Origin: Hydrolagus colliei
Taxonomy: Eukaryota
Length of the DNA: 64,000 bases
Reading direction: 5' to 3'
Assembly (NCBI GenBank): GCA_035084275.1
Contig: CM068750.1
Span: forward strand, 5,518,001 to 5,582,000
The notes beneath the pieces were generated by a model that worked only from the letters and a program-made list of their open reading frames with translations, ran no database searches and had not been told where the DNA came from. Made by a program: the position numbers and the translations under genes. Below are positions 36,903 through 49,200 of the stretch, piece by piece; the first letter of the stretch is position 1; each line of letters opens with the position of its first letter.

Positions 36903-38589
36903 GCTCTAAATGTGAGACACAACTCCATTATATGCATAACAGGTGAGGGTTCTCTACTTAGTGCTCAAAATAGAGTTCTACTATATAATTAGATATTGGA
37001 TCTGCAATATCTAACATGTATTAAACTTTAAACACCCTCTGCATATGTATTACATTATAAAATGTAATAGTTTGTTGGATAACCTTGGAGACAAATGAGA
37101 TTGGGGGATGAGGAGTCGATCAGTTATTGGTACGTCTGTGGGTTTTAGAACAGGAATTTTACAATTATGCGAGAACTCAGGTAATGTAATGTCACACAAA
37201 AATGCTGCAGAGTGAACAGAAATCTACAATTATTGCACACAAATTTGTTAAAATGTTTCAATCTGATCCAATAAATATTAGCGCACCTTGGCTCACTTAT
37301 GGGCTGTGAAGTAATGAGATGACAATTCATAATGGTCATCTGCAATCCTGGGACTTGTGCAGGAAAGTGGGTATGTACACTAAGAAAGAAAATCACTTTG
37401 GCTGTTCTTGTACATACGGCTACTGACACCCAGAGATGAAAGGCGTGGTGACAACTTTACTGTCCACATGATATAAGGGAATAAAACAGTGGAGAAATAT
37501 TTTTTTTAAATGACCTGGGGTGGAAGGAAAACAGAAGTACTGTAACATGCTATAATTTGTCCATAGAGCAAAAGAAAATTTCACGATCTGTTCTGAGCTT
37601 TGCTGCGTCTATTACATAAATGTTTAAACACACCACAGCCATGAGAAGAAACAAGGCTTGTTCTGTCTGTTTGGGTCTCTCAACATCCCTTACAGAACTG
37701 TGAAAATAATGGCTGATTTCTGCAATATTTATTTAAATTAATAGTGCATTTAAACACCAGTGTATCTAAACAACGAAAGGAAGAGAAAGAACATGCAACT
37801 CAACTCACTTATTTCATAGATATACAAAAGAAGCTTGAAAAGAAAGCAGAATAGATATAGTGACCATTTTGGGAATTTCATTTCTTTTTAAACAGGATGG
37901 GACACCTGTGCTTTCCACTGGAGACTTTCATGACCAGATTAGAATGTGTTCGGACCTAGAGGGAAAGCATCTTTGTTCTTGGATGCGCTGCTGATGAGGA
38001 ACTTGACAGTATTATTTGTGGGAATCGGACACAACTCCCACAGGACCTGATCCAATTATTTCTGCAATTAGAAGAAGTGGGATGTTTAGTTTTGTGTCCA
38101 CAAGCCAAGCAGTCGCTCCTTTCGGCTGCACCAAAAATACATAAAGATGGGATTCGAATTGAAAATTTTATGACAAAAGCCAGTGTATGAAATTACCTCC
38201 CTACATTAAGCCAAAGCATTTCATTAGTCATTAACCATCAAAGAAGTATTAACTTGTTTACTCACCCTACCTCCCACAACCTCACCCCCAAACAGTAAAA
38301 TATTTAGCTTGAGGGGATTTCCACTGATTAATACGAATCAGTTGAGTTGTGAATATCCTAAGACCTTGACAAATAATGAATCACAGCCCAGAAACACTGT
38401 GAATGTTCTGGAAATCAGAAATTTAAAGACAAAATACATAGCAAGTCAATGAGCATTTAAAAGACAAAGATAAGTAAAAGCTTTGAGTGTGGCCCTTCCT
38501 TCAGGTCAATACAATATAATGCAGTCGAGACTCAGCTACTTAAAGGACCTGAAATGGTTCTTCCCTAAAAGGACAGTTGAGAAAAAGGT

Positions 38590-38822
38590 GAATTTGCTAA
38601 TTTTTCAAATAATGCCATGGGATTTTTAATGTCCACCTGAACAGGCAGACCTGGTTCCTCAGATTCATTGAATTGATCATTTGAATGATGACATTTCCAG
38701 CAATGCAGTGCTCCCCCATCTCTGTATTGTAGTGTTCGTCCAGGCTACATGAATTCAAATTCCTGCAGTGAGACTTGAACTCACAATCATCTGACTTAAA
38801 GGTGAGAGTGCTACCAACTGAT
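38590..38822 (-). mobile_element. Deu-domain SINE (SacSINE1/AmnSINE1-like), 5' half
   Basis: Reverse complement has a tRNA-like head TCAGTTGGTAGCACTCTCACC...GAGTTCAAGTC followed by Deu-domain motifs GGGAGCACTGCATTG and TCAGGTGGACATTAAAAATCCCATGGCATTATTTGAA. Confidence 0.8.
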
Positions 38823-40092
38823 CCGGATTGACAAAAAACACAATTCATTTTACTGCTGAATATGTTTAATTGAATCGGATTCTTTGTTCACAAAACTGCC
38901 CAGAATAGGGTTGCTTGTAGAACTATAAAATCCACTTTAATTAAATCGCAATAATATGAAATCAGTTTGCTGGGGGTTTGATAAATTTAACAATTATGGA
39001 ATACAGTGGGCTTGGCATCTGTTATTTTGAAAAGCAACAGGAGTAATGCCGGCTAACACATTTTTTTAATTAAAAAAGATATCTATTTTTAATGAAACTG
39101 GTATGAAATTGAATCAGTGAGGAGGTTTTCTGTACTGCCGCACGTGAGAAAAAACAAGGGCAGCCATTTATGGGACAACTGTAATAATGAGTATTTAACG
39201 TGTCTGAAGCAGTGAACAAGATAAATGAGCGTTGTATAACACGCACACGGATACAGCTGTGAAGCATGGAATCGAACGGTGAATGAGGTGGAAATTCACC
39301 AAAACTGTTTGTCAGCCAAGATCTGCACATTCCTTGGGATATGTTAACAACGCAACACCTTGTTATGATTGATGGGGAAATGGGCCTCCCTAAAATGAAA
39401 AGAAGTTTGCCAAGAGCAGAAATACACGACACACAGTGCTAATCGGGGGACACTGTTGTGGAGTAGGACAACAGGGCTCCTACACTTGTGGTTGAAAGTT
39501 GAAGTTGTAAATTAAAATCTGACGAAAGCTACACTGACAGATAAATGTTACCAACCAGCAGACAGCGCGGCAAATTAAGAGTCTAAATCGCGAGATTTGC
39601 AAAAAGGATCTGTAATTACCCAATCCTGGAGATGCCGTGGTTAATCCTGTTGAACTCCGTTCAAACACCCACTTTAATTCTGGCTTCAGTGAAGTAAGTG
39701 ATGTCACAACTGAGTTCCAGGGTTCTGCGTACAACACAATTTACACCCAAGTACGAAAATAACAGGGTTCTGCCAATTAGAATGAACATGTGAGAAGAAT
39801 GATTTGCTACAGTAAAAGTTTTGCACTGGTCAAATTATTGTGTCATAATCATCAGGCCCAGATGATGAATTGACATGAAACTGGAGGACACAGGCACAGT
39901 GAACTTCATAGAAACCTTGTTTGGAATGAGCCCTTGGAAGATGTTGGATGCAGGTCATTGCTACGAAGGAACATTACTGACCTATACTGGCTTGTTCTGA
40001 TATTATTGGGATCAAATGACCTGGGAATGGTAAAAGAACGGGTCAGACATGATTGGCTACATGCATTAGGCCAAATCTGAAATCTTTGCTCG

Positions 40093-40232
40093 CAGTTGTT
40101 TGTGAGACATTGTTGTGTGAGAATTAGCTGCCGTGTTCCATCAAAAAAATACAGTTAGTGCGGTTGAGCAGTGTGAAGCACTTTGAGTCATCTTCCCGGC
40201 ATAGACCATATGCAAAGATTGTATTATTATTT
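40093..40232 (+). mobile_element. Degenerate SINE/L2 3' tail
   Basis: GTTTGTGAGACATTGTTGTGTGAGAATTAGCTGCCGTGTT...GTGAAGCACTTTGAG...TGCAAAGATTGTATTATT. Further eroded tails lie near 12925, 36655, 43500, 44535, 48400, 50810, 54010, 60675 and 61270. Confidence 0.7.
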
Positions 40233-41859
40233 TCTCCAGCGCAGTAGCAAAGTGAGGAACTAGATCAGTCCCACATTTCCACCGTGTGTCAAAAAGCCAG
40301 CAGAGGATCATATTGATTTGCTCTGTACAGTTGCAGATAAAATCTGAATTGTTCTCATTCTTAGATGCAACAGCAAATCTCTTGATGGGAATATGGAGGG
40401 GATTTGGGAAAGAGAATAATTAATAGTTTTCACAGTAAGTTTTTACTTTTGCAGTCTCTTCAGCAAGAATAAACTTAAATTTGATTCTTCATGACATGGG
40501 CACTAATTAAGTTGAATAATGCCAGTTGCACCAGTAATTGCCTCTACTTCAATGTCCAAAACACGAAGAGTGAGAGTTATGAGAAATCAGTGTGATGTGC
40601 ACCTTAATTAGAACTGGTTAATAATTGCCCCAAGACACGATTATCTCATGTGGACATTGTTGGATCAATACCCAGGTTTCACATTCCTGAGCCTTACTTT
40701 GGTAATTATAAGGTGCAAATTCCTTGCGATCTGTGGGGATTTCCACAATAAATCCAGGCTCCGAGAAGTCAATATCAATTGTGAACAGGATTTCAGGCAT
40801 TTTCAGTTGCATATTTTGAAGCATTTGCTTTTTAGGTACTGTATGCTAAGCCCTGTGATTGTCTCATCCTCCATTAATCCCACAATGTGTTGCACAAACA
40901 CACGCCATGCAGTTATGAGGTGGATGATTGCTTCCACATGGGGCTGGTTCTTATTATTTCCAGCCATGCTGATACTCTCCAGCACAAGTTGTGTTTAACC
41001 CGTCCTTTAACTTAACCTTTCCATCTATTATAGATTTGTTACACTGAGAGAGATTCGCACTATGTCTTGTGAAATTTGCTGCCATTTGTCAAGAGTTGAA
41101 TTCCGCGGAAAATAGAGGAATAAAAGGAGCAAATAAGCACAAACCAGCATTCACAAACTCAGTTTTTGCTTTTCTGAAATGTTGCAGGTTTTATCAACAA
41201 AACAAAATGTTGATCAGCTAAAACACACTTCTGTGTGATCATTTATATTTTATGGATTTGATATGATATTGTCTATGGCTTGAGTTTGTTATACCTCACC
41301 CAGTTGGATGTAACTTAGCTGTGTTATAAATAATAGATTAAAATAGATTGAACTAAGACCTTGGCTACTCTGATTTTACGATCGTGGTAGAGCCTAGTAT
41401 GGATTGACTGTTGGTTCCTCAGATCCATGAGGTTTACGGTTGATACTATAATTTAACAGAAGACAATCATGTCTTAAACACCCGATTAACAACTCAACTC
41501 AACCCCTGAAAATCAGGAATATGAAAAATCATTTTACCCCTAGAATGTTTTTCAAACTAACATTTATAGCATAACATTAAGGTTTTGTGGTGTCAATGGG
41601 CACTTTGTAAAGCATCTACTGTGGACTGAAACTTTGTTTGGTCAGCTGGGTGCCTGACACATGCAGGAACACGTCAGCATGCTTAAGAGTATCAAAACCA
41701 GACTAAGAGTTCCATATACGTAGGCTACTTACACTTGGAAATGTTCCTGTGTATGGGATGGAATGCGCACTCTATCTCTCCCAGGGGAGTCACACCCTAC
41801 TTACTTAATTACAACAACAACAACAAAATTACATTTAAAATCACAGAGTTTTAGGGATG

Positions 41860-42210
41860 AAACTGAACCATACAGCTTCAGAAGACCCCAAAATTGATGC
41901 CTTGTCTGTGCACAGTTAGCATATGGAAAGAGGTAATAGCTCATCAACGTGGGGGTAGGAAGGACAGATATTAGCCAGGTTTCCCACTACTGATCATATA
42001 TGTGGATGTAAAGTGAGGTCAAGATCAGGCTTGATCCTGATGTCTTCATGGTTGGATATCCTGCTACCATCCACTATTAAGACGCACACAACAACAACTT
42101 ACACATATATAGCACCCCCACACACAGGGTAGCATTGTAACTGAAGAACGTCAATGTTAATAAAGTTCCGGAAGCTACTGAGCCTATGCATTAACATGAA
42201 CCATTACCTT
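41860..42210 (+). mobile_element. Ancient SINE-like repeat (second family)
   Basis: ACTGAACCATACAG...TTGATGCCTTGTCTGTGCACAGTTAGC...TTAGCCAGGTTTCCCACTACTGATC...TGTGGATGT, sharing blocks with the 29640 and 35215 copies. Confidence 0.5.
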
Positions 42211-45200
42211 TAGGATCTGAGAGCACATAAAAATTTGGAAGGGGTTGTGGTGGAAGGATTTGAGATTAAGATCCCAGAACAAGACACATAGATGTCTAAT
42301 GTTCTGCATGGCTATAGATCTTTTCAATCAATTCTGACCATTGGGAGCAAATAATTTATATTGCTTTGAAAGACACTGCATCCACATTCTCCTTGCCCAA
42401 TATCTATGGAAGAGTGTTGCAATCTAAAAGGAGCATAATCTTTACAAGAAGTGCAATAGGAACAATACCTGCATCCAAATGATTCATTAGGGGATGTCGA
42501 TTCTATATCTCTGTGTGCTGTAATGAATAAGGATTGTAATTAAGCAGTTTGGAAGAGATTGTGAATGTCTGTAATTGAGTGTTCCTTAAGATAATGTACA
42601 CAAGCGAGGTAGGCATGGTGGGATCCACAGATGCGTGACTGAGAGTTTCAAGGGGTCTGGCCACACGGTATTCACTGATGACATGCACATACCTGTTTCT
42701 GAGGCAATCCAGAGAGCCCATATCTCTCACTGCTTCATTGTGGGTTGCAAATTCCTTGTAGTCAGCACTGTGTTGAGAAACGTTTGTACCATTAAATGGA
42801 TTTTCCAGGTTGGAATGCTCAGATCTGTAAAAGATTATTTCACATTGTAACTCTACACCATGTCCGTGGGCTCAAAAACCAAGACTCAAAAGAGTTGGGA
42901 ATTTACAAATAAATTACAGCAAACTCCTGATATCCCGACCCTTCATGCCATCAATATCTAGGCCACAATTATTGACATACTGTATTTATAAATATGCCTA
43001 ACTCACTTCTCTGGATAACTCGTCACTGAAGACACTTTTCCTTGAAGTAATGGGTTATCATGAGTTTGCCATATTCCAATAGAGCCCTCCAGATAAATAA
43101 GACTTAATCCAATTTACTATGAATATCTCTGTTTAGAAATATTTTTTTTTACGAACATATAATGAATTGCAATTTGAAGCATTTTTGATCCAGATATAAC
43201 GCTAATGGAGAAAAATGGGCAGATTTTTAACAAGTTCACCGTACTGCCTCTTCAGTGTGTCTATAAGTGGGAGACGCTGGAAATCAGATGACCTGCAATG
43301 ACTGAAATGTCTAAAAATAGAATTTGTTGCAAGGCTGCATTACAGAGTTAGAAATAAGCTTGCAACTCTGGATAAAAATAATGTGATGATTTGGTGATGT
43401 TATAATGATTTTCTCATGATAGCACAATAGCATTGATAAGCCGAAAAACCAGATGAAGCATGTACTTGTTGTAAATTGAAAAGAAATCCCTGCATTTGAT
43501 ATAACAGCTGCCAATGAAAAAAAGTCTCAAAGTGATTCACAGGGACTTTCTGTTTAGTGTAGTGACTGTATTTTGTAGGCATTTACACATAACATAGTTA
43601 ATGGAGAGTGGTACACAAATGAAGGCACATATATCAGCTTAATCACTAGCCCAAAAGGCTGATTTCATCTTCGTGGTTTAACATGGGAGGAAAAAAATCA
43701 GAGAACGCCTCAAGTCACTTTACAAAACGTGCTGCAGCCTGAATTGGGAGGGGGTTACAACAACAACAACAAAATTATATTTGCATAGCGAGGGATAGGG
43801 GAGGTGTATTTTGAAAACACAGAGGGAAGACATGGGGGACAGGGAATAAATAAATTCCAGGAAATTAGATGGAACTTTGGTTACTAGATAATGAGATAAC
43901 TTCATCTAGATAAAGTTTATCTATATAACTAAATCTGGATAACTAGATAACTTCCAACATGTGTTGAATGAATTTTGGGGGGAAATTGAATGGTTAGGTT
44001 ACATTGAGCATTGGTTTAGTCCTGCCTAGTAGTTTCTTACATGTTACTTGCTTTGTAATATTTTGCCTAATGAGATTATGAAGCTTATCCTGCTGTTTGC
44101 TTAAGTGTAGCAATTTCAATGTCTGGCTATAATAGAAATCCCATCTAAAGTGCACATCAGAGATTCACTCTACTCAGCAAACAGAGCAGAATAATCTCTT
44201 ATGAGCTTCAAATTGTTCACGGGGGTGATTAAAGGAACAAACTGATTCTTCACCTGGATGAGGGTCTTGTTTCTTATTCAATGGGTAATTTGTGATTAAT
44301 GTAAAAATAAATTGTAGTTGGTGCAAATCGAACAATAAACTGATTGTCATCATGGGTTAAAAAATTATGCGGGACTGGCTTTTGTAATATGAGTTTTCTG
44401 GTGCTTGTGTATGGGCAGACCATCTGTAAACAAACAAGATTAGAGTTCGGAACAAGAGCAAGTGAAATGAAATTTCCAGAGAGAAAGATTTGCGTTGACT
44501 GAGATCTATAAAGTTGTAGGTTCACTGGCCCAGTCACTGCACTTTACAGTATATTTCCTGTGCAGCACTTCAGGACATCCACCTGACTTGAAAGGAGCTA
44601 TAGCAAAATTAAAGTTTATTATTATTGTAAAAAGAAGTTTTCCTTTCTTCTGGTTGACGAGTTTTGATATTTGTTTTCAGGCTGAGGCCCTGTTAGATGG
44701 GTTCAGGGCTACATGTTGTACCAGTCTGTTCAAACTCACTATACCTCTGTGTCACCCATTCCTTGAGATGTTTTGATATGCACCAACTATTTTAGATTTG
44801 GATTCAAGCAGAAATAAACTCTAATGTCTTAACAAAGGGCATGAGCAGTCACCTCAGGGAATACAGAAAGGCAGTTGTGTGTGACTCTGATGGGGAAGGG
44901 AGTTGTGCAAATCTGATTCCCTAATTTGATGACCAGCATTTGTCCAGTTCCCTGGTGGTTATGAAAAGAGGGTTGCATGTGTCTGATTTGGGGATTCTAG
45001 TGCTGAATCACAATAAACCTTCAAGTCCAGTCTTAGCCCCTCATTGTACGAATTAATTTTAACGTCCAAGCCACTTTGTGGCTCCATCATTAATGGGCTA
45101 TAATGTCTCCTTATACAATAAACCGTAATAGTCCGAAACTCTCATTCTGTGCTTGTATTCACATATCTATATATAGACTAATGCATAGCTGAGATTGAGT

Positions 45201-45610
45201 TACAAGGTTATAATCTAATAGAGAGATTCAGATGATCTCAGAAAACAGACAAGTGAAGCTGGGGTAGTATATGAAAGCAATCGGAACTCCAATTGGATTA
45301 TACCCTTGAACTCATTCCCTGCTTGCAGCAATTGTTTTAAAAAAGACACATACTGAATCATTTTTAATATAATTTGGTTTGAAATTCTTATCATTTTTGG
45401 ACAATTTACAACCGATTCCAATGGAATTCTTTGTCCAGTAGAGTTTTTCAACTTATGCAGATGACTGGAAATATAATACCAAATATTTCATTGGATAATG
45501 CAATTGCAGTTATGATCTCTGGAGAATGTAGTTGGTATTCATTTTACTTCAGCAAGTCAGAAATTGAATATATTATATATCTATATATGTATATAAACAG
45601 TCTAACTTAC

Positions 45611-46060
45611 AATAATAAAAATACTTGTGTTCACTAGAGCACCTTTCATATTAGGAAAGCATCTCAAAGTACTTCACAGGAGTTACTGTAAGGTGCAGTG
45701 ACTGTGTACAGTATTTTGTAGTAGCTGCCAATTTTGGTACAGCAATGTCCTGAAAACAGCTATAAAATGAATGAGCAACCTTATCTGGGAGATTTGTTGG
45801 CCAGAACACCGGGAGAAACTTCCTTCTCTTTTCGAGTGATACAATGAGATCTTTAATGTCCACTTGAACCAGTCCAGATGGGACCTTAGTTTGACATCTC
45901 AACCCACAACAATGAGATGTTAAACCAAGGTCCCATCTGGACCTGTGCAGTGCTCCCACTGTATTGTACTGGAGTGTCATCCTAGACTGTGAGTTCGAAG
46001 TCTCGATGTGCGTCTTGTTCCTATAACTTTCTGACTCGGAGGCGAGAGTGTTACTCAAAG
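45611..46060 (-). mobile_element. Near full-length Deu-domain SINE with an internal inverted duplication
   Basis: Reverse complement runs from head remnant GTAACACTCTCGCCTCCGAGTCAGAA through Deu motifs GACACTCCAGTACAATAC, AAGTGGACATTAAAGATC and TTCTCCCGGTGTTCTGGCCAA to an L2-type tail GTGAAGTACTTTGAGATG...TGAAAGGTGCTCTA. Confidence 0.85.
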
Positions 46061-46134
46061 AGTGGGGCTGACATCTAACTTAAGAGAGTTGCAAGGAAAT
46101 TCTGTATCTTAATGTGTATTATGATAGTTTTATA

Positions 46135-46200
46135 ATGTCCTCCCGACCTGAAGGGCGCTCTATAAATGTAATTTTGTTGTTTGTTATTGTTGTGGTTCTT
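46135..46200 (+). mobile_element. Short L2-type 3' terminus with (TTG)n
   Basis: GTCCTCCCGACCTGAAGGGCGCTCTATAAATGTAATTTTGTTG, nearly identical to 13919-13970. Confidence 0.75.
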
Positions 46201-49200
46201 GTTGTTTCTAATGAAAGGCCTTTGCACAAAAAGTCCACCATTTAGACACATTAAAGCTGCTTTACTTTTCGCACTGAAATCCTCCTGCAAACTCATCAGA
46301 AACAATGTTCTGTCAACAGAAAAGGTGAAAGCACAGACAAAGAGTCATTCAGAAACTAACAGGTTCAAGTAATGAGTCACAAGATACTGAAACACTGTAT
46401 ATGTTATAATTCCTTTGTTAGGTAAATTCTATGATTAACATTGGTTTAAAAGCTACACAGACCAGAAAAGTCCTAGGTTTTAGCTTGAATGTGTGCTAAT
46501 CCAGCAGATCTCAGTTAGGTCAGCAGTGACCCATTCAACTGCAAATTGTACACACTGTAATTATATTAGTCATAGTGTGAGTGTAGTTTGACTCGCAAAC
46601 AATGTGGGTCCTCACTTGATAACAACATTAATAATAAGCAATGCAAGATGCTATTTATATGTGATTTCAAAGCCAACTCATTCAATTTGTGCAATTTGAA
46701 TTCCAGTTTGGATTATTATTTGGAAACTATTGATAATCAGTTCATAATTTCTTTTGAAACAAATCCCCCCCAAAAGACTTGCCTTGGAACTGCATTCCCC
46801 TGATCCAGTGATCCCTTTTGATCTTGAAGTCTATCATTGTTTGTGGTATATTTAACGTGCTGTCTCTACTGATGTACAGAACTGCTGCTAACTGCATGCT
46901 GCATCTGTAATTTAAACAAATCAGATTTATTTACACTGTGATTATAAGAAGAGATTACGGCACTAATCAGCAGTGCAGAAAAAGCCTCAACATTTTATTG
47001 CAAAGGTAACTTTGGAAATAAAGACATAACTCTATTTATCATGGTGACAACACAATTTCAACGGCTTGTACACTATTTCCAGAGACATTCATGCACACTG
47101 CTGGCTGCAGATAATTGAATAAAACACTAGCAGTTTACAGATGGAGCGGATAAATCTTCATGTTTGCCATTGGGGTCCAATTTGCGGGTCCTAACAAGTG
47201 GTATGTCATGATTTAAGTTACAATGGTACATACTGTGAAACACCCTGGAACTATACAAAGTGCACTTTTTTTTAAATAGGAAAGGAAGTGACAGAAATAT
47301 TGTACTAAAGAAATCAGAAAAGGAGAAAAAAGGATTTGGCTCACTTTAAACTAGTTTATATTATTGATTCCTAGGCAGGTCATATACTACAGCCTATTCT
47401 CTGTGAAAGGGACTCTGTGACTATCTTCTGGATGGTGTGGGAGTGTAGCCGTCTTATAATTTTCCCTTCCGCACCATAAGCTTTTCATCGCCACTCAAAT
47501 TACCACTGAAATTCTGGCATTGCAGTCCCTTCTTGCCCTGTTTTATGGCAATTAAAAAAAACTATCAGAACACACTATGAGATTGTAGGCTTTGATGTAC
47601 AGTATATTGGTGAAAGATGTCTGTTCGGACAGTCAATTGGGATTCTTACACTATATCTATTTGAGAGTAGTGTCTTGCTACCACTGTCCCAAATTAGACC
47701 CACACAACAGTACAGCGACTTTGATGCAATTCTGAATTCAAAGCAGTGCTTCCAAATGATGTGTCTTTGAAGTCTTTTAAAGATTTGCTGATTGCAGGAT
47801 AGCTTTGGGCTGCAGTCTTCTTCACAGAGCCTGCACCGCATAATGTCTCTCACACACACACACACATATATATATAAAAAAAAGTCCTTTACAATCACCA
47901 AATATATGAATCTAAATAGTTTTCAAATGAATTTCAATACTAGCAGGCACCTGTGAAAAAAAACATTTCTGCATCATTTGTGGTCATTACATCTAGGCTG
48001 CTAAAGCTCTGAGGGACAAGACCTTCATGAATAGTACATTGAATGGAAATGCTAACCTTTAATAAAAGTACATTGAAAGTCACCGAAAATTCAGTTGCTG
48101 AATTAATCTCCGGATTCGTGGCCATTTTACAAATCGAACTATGCATGTGCACACAGCGAAATATCTTGAACCAAGAACCCCCACACCAATGATTGGAACT
48201 ACAAGAACAAACTCGGGTTTTTTAAATCTTAGAATTAATTGTTGTACATGTAGCAAAGTTGTGAGGAGCCTGGGATATAAATCTGAGGAACTTGTAGGCA
48301 AACTTTCTTTGATTTACCCTATCACCAAATGGCTCAATAATTACATTTGAGTTAAATATTTGTGATGTTGTTACAATCACCTGCGAAATACACATGCACT
48401 ACATATTACAATAAATCCTGTGAAATTCTTCGAGATGTCCTCCCAATATGAAAGTTGCTACAGTATATCAAATGCAAGGAATATCTGGTGGGCCAGATAT
48501 TAAGAATCAAACAAAAATTATACCAGGAGAAAAAAACATATTTACTTGGGTCTTAAGACGATTCCTTAGAGGATGAGAAATCAGTGCAGATTAGATTTGT
48601 AAGATATGGCATTAAGCCTAAATAGGTTAGGATGCTTCAATTAGGTATTTAGAAAAAACAGAAAGTAAGCGTGTTAAGAAACATAATATCACCCAGATCA
48701 GGAAAGCTAGCTGTAAATCTTCCAAAGTCAGGTTACTAAGCATTAAGTGAATCCAGCACATCGCAAGCACATCGAGACTCCACCTCATTAGTTAAATGTC
48801 ACAGGTTTATTTTGCTTGGTCTCTCACTCTGAATATAAACAATTAGTTCATTAAAATTAGTGCAGCAATTACAGTAGCCCACAAAATAAATGTTCCTTTT
48901 AGCTTAAAACGATTGGTTCTATTCAGCATTAACTCATTTGAAAAATAACTGAAGATATCAGCGTAGAAATATGATCTGAGTGTACAGCTACCAATTTTAG
49001 ACTTTAATTCAAGCTACAGCAACAGGATTCAAGATTTTTTGGTATACATTACAAAATCAACTTGAGAAACAATGCACATCAGGAAAATAGGGTTCAATGG
49101 ACTGGTGCACATCCAGCCTTGAGCTGTGATACAGAATAAATGCAAGAGCCATCAACAATAATGTTGGTGGAACCATTGCCCAAGCAAGAACTGCTTTATA

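Noticed and set aside
40618-40998. Overlapping ORFs suggesting a frameshifted pseudogene
   Set aside because: No recognisable motif in any frame and no convincing splice structure.
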